From the human T2T-CHM13v2.0 reference genome, Homo sapiens, in NCBI RefSeq assembly GCF_009914755.1, contig NC_060942.1: a stretch of DNA of 64,000 nucleotides. One strand, given 5' to 3'. The notes under the pieces are model-generated. The model was not told where the DNA came from. It did not search any database and saw only the letters and a program-made list of their open reading frames with translations. The translations under genes and the position numbers were made by a program. Numbering within the stretch: position 1 is the stretch's first letter; the number at the start of each line of letters is the position of its first letter. Shown here piece after piece: positions 56,811-64,000 of this stretch.

Positions 56811-59800
56811 ACTTAATATTCAATATAAACTAATTTCTTCTAACAGTCAACAAAAAATTGGAAACTTCTTTAATTCCCAACTTTCTGACTTTGAAACACA
56901 CACAATATTCTTTTAGGTTTTATCAGTAAATTTAGAAAAAAAAGAAAATTGGTAAGAAAAATAATTCAATATTACAGGTGCCAAGTTACATGAAATTTGA
57001 AGATAATAGTTATCTCTGAATTTCATTCAAACATTAATTAAAACAGGAAAAATTTTGCTGAAATTTATGGAGCCAGGTGTTCTGCTGAGCCCTTCAATGG
57101 ATAAAGACATCGACTTTGTTTGTTTTTGCTGTATTGACCCACTGGTGTATGCCTTCTCTCCCTAATTAGAACAACCTGCCTGTAATGAGTAATCTGTTTC
57201 CAGTTTTGCCCTAGAATTTGTTTTTTTTTCCTATATAGAAAGTGTCTGCAGATGGAAATTGAAAGTGTAATCTTTATTAGAGGCAAATAAATTATGTTGC
57301 TTCATAATCCAGGTGACCAGATATTAGATAGTGGGGAAAGAGTGGCATTCCCCCATATTTCTATGTGAAACCAAGTCTAATGTTGGCATTGTTTGGCCCA
57401 AAAGGAACAGAGTCCTGTTGAACAGCTCAGTATTTTCACTTTGAAAGCCTCAGGAGACAGAATCTTCTCGTAGAGGTAATGCTCTCCTGGGCTGGAGCAG
57501 TGATGAGTCCCATGTTTAGGTTTTTCTTGCTAATTTGATTCATTCTGCTTTTTACCCAGTCACTTCCTAACACAATTACACAGTGCAAGGAGTCTTTGCC
57601 TGCCAGGTGAAGAAGAGAGTTTTCTATCCAGGCCCCAAATATTTCTTCTCTGGAATTTAAGTGATTCTGCCTTTTGCTAGCAACTTTGACTTTTATCACA
57701 GCCTTATTTACTATAAACCCTGGAATGCTTTACCTCATTCCTGTTTTATTTCTTTTACTCCATTTTTTTTGAAACTTGAGGAAACATTTTTTCTCGTGAA
57801 AAATGTTGAAAAGCTATGATTAAGGCTGATTCTATCCTGGATCCATTTTTTCCAGTGCCTTCTTTGGTAAGCGTCATCCATTGTGTGGTCTTTTTGCATG
57901 ATATCATTTTCCCTAGGCAACATGCAGCAGATGCCAGTACCTTAATTTCTTAAAGATATTAACTTTTTTGGAACCCTCCACCATTATAACTGTCTTTTCC
58001 TTACTTTATTTTTAGAGCAGAGATAACTGATAAAACACACATCCGGTGAGAAGCCAGGATTTCCTGATGTGTCTTTGAATTACTTTCCTTACCAAAATGG
58101 GCAATTCCAACCCTCCCCAGGATGTCCTCCTCCTGGAGGCTGCTAAGCAGTATCACATTAGAGATGCAATAGAAGATAGCACTAGTCCACATGTCCCCCC
58201 AAAAGAGCAATTGAAGATTTGCTTTATGCAAATAGCATTTTGTGTTCGGGCCTAATTGGTAAATCTATTCCCCGAATGATAATGTTAGTTCAGACTCTAG
58301 AGAAAAGAACAGAGGAATGGCACACCTTCTCTTGATCCCTGAAGACTAAATGGCAATACACTTTACTGATATAATTCTGCTCCATGGATGCCCTTTAGTC
58401 TCACTTCCAGAGAACAGCAACTGAAGACATCAGTACCCAGCTCTGCCAAGAACACAAGTATCATGTCCTCATTTATGGTTCTGAAATGAAACTAACAACC
58501 TTGGTGTAGGATGTTAAAAATCATAAGAGATATAACTATCATTAAAAACTATCAGATACCCCATTGAAGGTTCCCAGTTCCCGTTGACAGCTATAAAAGA
58601 AAGTTGTGTTTCACTGGAACAACCAAGAGTAAACAAGTTCATAGTTAAAGCTGCTGATTTTTTTTTTTTAACTTTTGTGTGTCTTCTTCTCAACTTAGAA
58701 AAGATAAAAGCCAAGGTAAAGATTTTATATCACTCTTCCTTCCAATTTACACTCCCTTGATTTTACTTTAATCATTTAATACTTAAACATTTATCATGTA
58801 CGATATATTTTTAAATTTTTGCACTCTGCAACATAAACCTCACATATACTTTCTCACTGGATTCTTACAAAGAACCCTGTAAGAATAATTGAGCAGGTAT
58901 TAACATGGTCACTGTTTAACGAAGCAGGAGCCCAGAATCAAAACCCACTAATGCTAAGTTAAAATTCTAAGCTAGTTTTTAAATGTCCAAACAATGACTT
59001 GCTTCTTTTTCTAGCAGATTGATTTTTCTGCCCACCCGTATATTAAAGATTATTGTTTAGCTACCTACTACTGACTTGACTTTTTGCCTATAGGAAATTT
59101 TGCACATTCATTTGACTTTAACTTTAAGACAATCTTATTCTACTAGTGCTGGTAAAATCCTCAATATACACATCAGCCGAAGAGGGCTCAGGAGACAATG
59201 AAAGTTGATGAGATTTTAGAGAAATGTGGGAAACATGCAATCTTTGGGGTAGTGAGTTTTAGGGGAACAGGTGTCTGCAACAGATCTAGTGAAAACCTAG
59301 AGTATAGGCAAAAGCAAGAAAAGGAGAAGGGTTTTTTTCCTTCTCCTGTAGTCATAAAATGCAATGCCTGTGTGGCAGAATGGAGAACAGTGAAAAATAC
59401 TTTAAAAATGGTCACTCTCACTATTATCAAAGGAAGAGAAATTAAACCACCAATAAAATAATATTCATATCTTTCCGAACTAATGATCTTCAGAGGAAAG
59501 GACTATACTCAGGATTGCTTAGACTAAGAAGAAAAGGAACTCTTTACACTACTAAGGAATCCTATAGTAATTGATATAGGTGAGAATTATGGCAAGAAAA
59601 ATGTTCTACTTGGCAATTTCATCTAGCAGATTTTCAATAAATATTTCCTGATTGATTAAACGTGGTCCATTTCTACTCAATGGTAATTCAGTCATTTCAG
59701 AAATATGTGTTCCTTGTATACATTTGGGAAAATGATGCGTAGAACCATCAAATAAGTAATATGTTGGTGAATAATAATGACACATGTATAATATGGGCAT

Positions 59801-61529
59801 AGTGTTCTAGGTTTTTAGAAGAGAAGAAGAATCCTGTAAGAAGGAGTGGCCAGAACAGGCCATTCAGAGTCTAACACTTGCTGAGTCTTAAATCTGGGTG
59901 TAACCTAGGGACACAGAGAACAATGATGAAAGAATTCCAGGTGTAACACAGCTACTGGGGAAGAAATGTGGAAGTATTTGAGACAGTGCACATTCAATTG
60001 GAGTGAATGGCGCATTATGAGTACAATAATGGTATAGAAAACAAGAACCTTTTCATTTGAACTTACAAACCGTCACTCTTCTGTTAATACATGTAATGGG
60101 TTTTGTTAATTCATAAATATAAAACAACATCTAGATTTCTTTAGTTGATTTAAATATAGACCTTGAGTAGTTTCATAAATAGAAATCTAATTTATTTTAT
60201 TTTCAGTAATAAAATCACATATTGTAAATTTAACTGAGGGCTTTTTCATTTCATCTATTCATAAAAATAGACTCAACAAGAATAGTGGTGAGAGGCTATT
60301 TCAATGGCCTGTTATTCCTAAAAGAGCCCAAAGTGAATTCAGAGTGACTATTGCCACAGTATGGGTGTATCGTTTGTGTTTACATTTACTTTCCTGACTG
60401 GCTTTGATTGTATTTAAATACTTTTCCTAATTAAATATGTTCCTCAACATACTTTAAGATATAACTCCTTAAAGTTATGTTGAGTTAAATGTATAGCTCA
60501 ACATAACTACCATTGAATGTACTTCAGATTATTCCATAAAATAAGATCTAGCTTCCCCCCAAAAAGTGAATGTTGGTGTTAGAAAGAGTTCAAGGCACTT
60601 TTGCAGCCCTGGGAGAGTAGGACTATGAAGATCCATGCAATCCTCTCTGAAACTATGACATTATAATTGCCAATAAGAAGCTTTTAAAGATATAGCATTT
60701 TTAATGAATATAAATTTGTAATTATTTGTTTTATTCTATTTTCAGAATCTTCAAAATGACATACTCATAAAGAAAATAATATCAGAAGATATAGTATGTA
60801 TTAAATACATCTATTCTAAACTTCCAGGTATGATATGACTGACTATTCAAGGGTACAGATCAAACCCACTCTCATTTTTCACAAATTTCAAAGGCCTCTA
60901 TCTTATTTCCTAGCAGTTTTATTTAATCCCTGCTCCTAGATCATTTCTTATCATCTGCCCAAGCAAACAGTATTCCTCAAGTCAAAAGTTATCTCTTCTA
61001 CCTGCAACCAAAGACTTTTTGGCACCAGGATTGCTTGTGATACCTTTCCTTCTTGACAATGCATTGTTTTGTTTTTCTCTCTCTCTTTATTCTGGTGAGC
61101 ACTCTTTATTCTCAATTCAAGTCATGTCTACTTCTGTTGCACCCAGTAGCTTTGGAATGTTGTCTGTAGATAATCAGATCTTCAGGAAGATCAGAGAGCA
61201 ACCTAAAGTTTCCACTTCGCCATAATAATGCCTTGCCTTTTCAAAAATAACATTATGAAACTTCTGAATCATCTTACTGATGCTTATAGCTATAATATTG
61301 TATGTGCTTATGTAACAATCATGCAATTTACATTGATATAAATGCCTCATTTATCTTACTTCCTGAATTGTGTTTGTGTTGCCTGTGAGGAGTTTTGTTT
61401 GCTTTTATGGCCTCTTTGTTCCTGCTCCTGCGTGTAATCTTGGAGAGGGTAGATTCATTTTGTTCTCTACCTCATAAGACTGTGCAGGATACCTATTCTT
61501 ATATGACAAACTCAGTGGTGTAAGCTGAT

Positions 61530-63695
<2,166 letters not shown>

Positions 63696-64000
63696 AGTGA
63701 ATGAAAGTTTAAATATCAATATTATTTCTAGCACAGATTTTTCAAATGGAATTGATTTAGCTTGTATGATGAACCATAAGCCTATAATTTAAGGTGGTAT
63801 TTTGGGTTATACATTTGCATATATTTTTAATAAAGAGGGTTTAGAATCTATTTTGATACTTGAAATGTTTTCACTTTTTAAAAGAATCAACTTAGCTTTG
63901 AGGAAGAAAAATCCCATAACTCTTAGGTAGTAACACTTGGAAATTTTTATTGTATTCAATTCATTCATGGGTATTTGCCAAAAATTTATCCTCAACATAC

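Noticed and set aside
59188-59461. Overlapping 80-87-aa ORFs on both strands in non-repeat sequence
   Set aside because: No recognisable homology or splice context; length within the random expectation.

Overview
This is 64 kb of AT-rich, non-coding primate (human-like) genomic DNA, intergenic or deep-intronic. More than half is recognisable transposon relic: Alu J/S/Y, several old L1M-type LINEs, MaLR/ERVL LTRs, Tigger/MADE/MER63/MER5 DNA elements, MIR and L2. I see no credible protein-coding gene, RNA gene, CpG island or prokaryote-type system. The ORFs in the track come from decayed L1, antisense Alu, a (CCT)n tract or chance. I found no evidence of a new biological system. The most notable structures are: (1) a 68-bp AT-rich inverted repeat whose arms both run into Alu tail fragments (49.8-50.2 kb); (2) three old L1s with kb-scale internal deletions at short microhomologies, one removing the whole RT domain in frame; (3) a 5'-inverted (twin-primed) L1 with a large gap; (4) a four-level nested LTR/MADE1 stack and a three-level nested L1 stack; (5) several duplications and hairpins that look like templated repair scars; (6) a ~420-bp homopyrimidine tract; (7) a few candidate minus-strand non-coding exons. 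Repeat family names come from recalled consensus sequences, not a RepeatMasker run, so subfamily calls and boundaries of old elements are approximate.
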